From Camelus ferus (taxonomy: Eukaryota), in assembly GCF_009834535.1 (NCBI RefSeq), contig NC_045707.1:53198001-53262000 (forward strand): a stretch of 64,000 nucleotides of DNA, written 5' to 3'. The notes below the pieces were generated by a model that was not told where the DNA came from, did no database searches, and saw nothing but the letters and a program-made list of their open reading frames with translations. The position numbers were made by a program, and so were the translations under genes. Positions 62,688 to 64,000 of this stretch are shown piece after piece (the first letter of the stretch is position 1; each line of letters starts with the position of its first letter).

Positions 62688-62805
62688 AGAGTGTGTGTAC
62701 CTGTGTGACTGTGTGTGCGTAACTGCCTTGTGTAACCCTGTGTGCGAGTGTCTGTGTACACACACACGTGTGTAACTGCCTGTGTGCCAGTGTGCGCTGT
62801 GTGAC
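62688..62805. repeat. Degenerate (TG)n-rich tract
   Basis: Directly visible. Confidence 0.65.
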
Positions 62806-63035
62806 AGTATCTGTGCAGCCACCAGCCGTGTGGCTCCCTGGCCCTTGAAGAACAGCTGGTCTGAGCTGGCATGTGCTGCAGGCACAAAGTAGGCACTGGG
62901 TTTCAAAGACTAAGTGTGAAAGAAATGGTAAAATACCTCACTTGTTTTAAAATCAATCACCTGGTGAAATGATGTTTGGGTACACTGGGTTAAATAAGAC
63001 AGTGTCAAAATTAATTCCTTGTTTCTTTTTACCAC
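62800..63035 (-). mobile_element. MER33 (hAT-Charlie)
   Basis: gggtttcaaagactaagtgtgaaag...gtaaaatacctca...tgaaatgatg...ctgggttaaataag...aaaattaattccttgtttctttttac. Confidence 0.7.
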
Positions 63036-64000
63036 AGTCTGTAGCTCACACCCCATTCCCCCCGGAAAGCACAGGTGTGACCCCCCCCCCCCACCTCAAA
63101 GCCCAGATTTCAGGGCCGTGGACCCAACGTCTTCCCTGTGGTCACCGAACGCCTGACTGGAATGTCATTTTGGGCCCAAAGAGTCCTTTGGACGCAACGC
63201 GCCTGTCTACAGCACTAGGAGGCATTAGCTCTGGGCTCTCGCGTTCAAGGCGCGTGCACAGCTGTGTGCGACCACGGGCCCCTCCCATGCCTGGGGTTTC
63301 CACCGGGTGTCTCGCGGGCCCCACGCCTGCCTTCGCCGGGGCCTGCACACTGGCTGTGGAGGAAGCTCCGTCTCCGTGGCCCAGCGGGGAGACTTGCAGA
63401 GAAGCTCTTCAGTGCGTGTCTGTGGGCATCTCTGTCCCGCGGCTCGGGCTGGGGAGGCAGCTCGGCCCCGGAGGCCTGGGGCTGCTTCTTCACGTGTGTG
63501 GGGGCCTGGCTCCCTGCTCCCAACCTGGACCCACATCGCTGACACTGGGGCCAAAGCCACCTCCGCCCCATTTTCATCTCTTGTCCGCCCTGAGCTGCAT
63601 CTTCCGGGGCCTCTCAGCCCAGCCTGGCACTTCCACACTGAGAGACTGGGCTCTGCCGGCTTTCCTGGTTCACTGTTACACTCCCCTCCTCCATCAAGGT
63701 CCCAAATAGTTGATCAAAATATTTATCTAAAAAGCAGGTTCTCTTCCCAGAGGGGAATTCTCCACTTCCTTATGCTGCCCCAAACCCACTGGTATTCGGC
63801 CGATACCAGAGCATTACACAACCAGCAGGGAAGTATGCGGAATGTTTGCTTTAGAATATTTTCTGCGTACTTTCTGGGCTCAAACCAGTATTTGGTCTAT
63901 CCACGTTAGAAATAATAACCCAAGAGGGAGAGGGGTCAGTTATATGAAAGACCGTGCTTTTCAAACTATAGCGAAAAAGCAGCAAGCTGCCTAGATCGCC

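Noticed and set aside
45500..64000. A second gene upstream of EDAR
   Set aside because: No recognisable coding exons or strong CpG-island promoter by eye. A lncRNA cannot be excluded without expression data.

Overview
Mammalian genomic DNA, most likely a camelid (it carries a tRNA-Ala-derived SINE resembling the camelid Vic-1 family). The window holds the 5' part of EDAR (ectodysplasin A receptor, TNF-receptor family) on the minus strand. It shows a non-coding exon 1 with donor at 44721, a ~37.9 kb intron 1, and coding exons 2 (6729-6797, ATG at 6779), 3 (6028-6150) and 4 (5312-5493), which encode the signal peptide and cysteine-rich domains (about aa 1-119). Exon 5 onward lies beyond the left edge, and ~45.1-64 kb is upstream sequence with no recognisable gene. 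The rest is GC-rich intronic or intergenic DNA with old L1, L2, MIR and MER repeats. Nearly all long six-frame ORFs are chance products of GC richness. I see no new protein-coding system. The most interesting signals are regulatory: (1) exon 2 starts with GT, so the exon1-exon2 junction rebuilds a 5' splice site; (2) the same junction completes a 4-codon uORF; (3) a second exon 1 donor would remove the uORF and weaken the rebuilt site; (4) an E-box/nuclear-receptor minisatellite lies ~6 kb upstream; (5) there are TCF/LEF and homeodomain motif clusters; (6) there is an internally deleted mini-L1. Human, mouse and repeat-consensus comparisons are from memory and need confirming by alignment.
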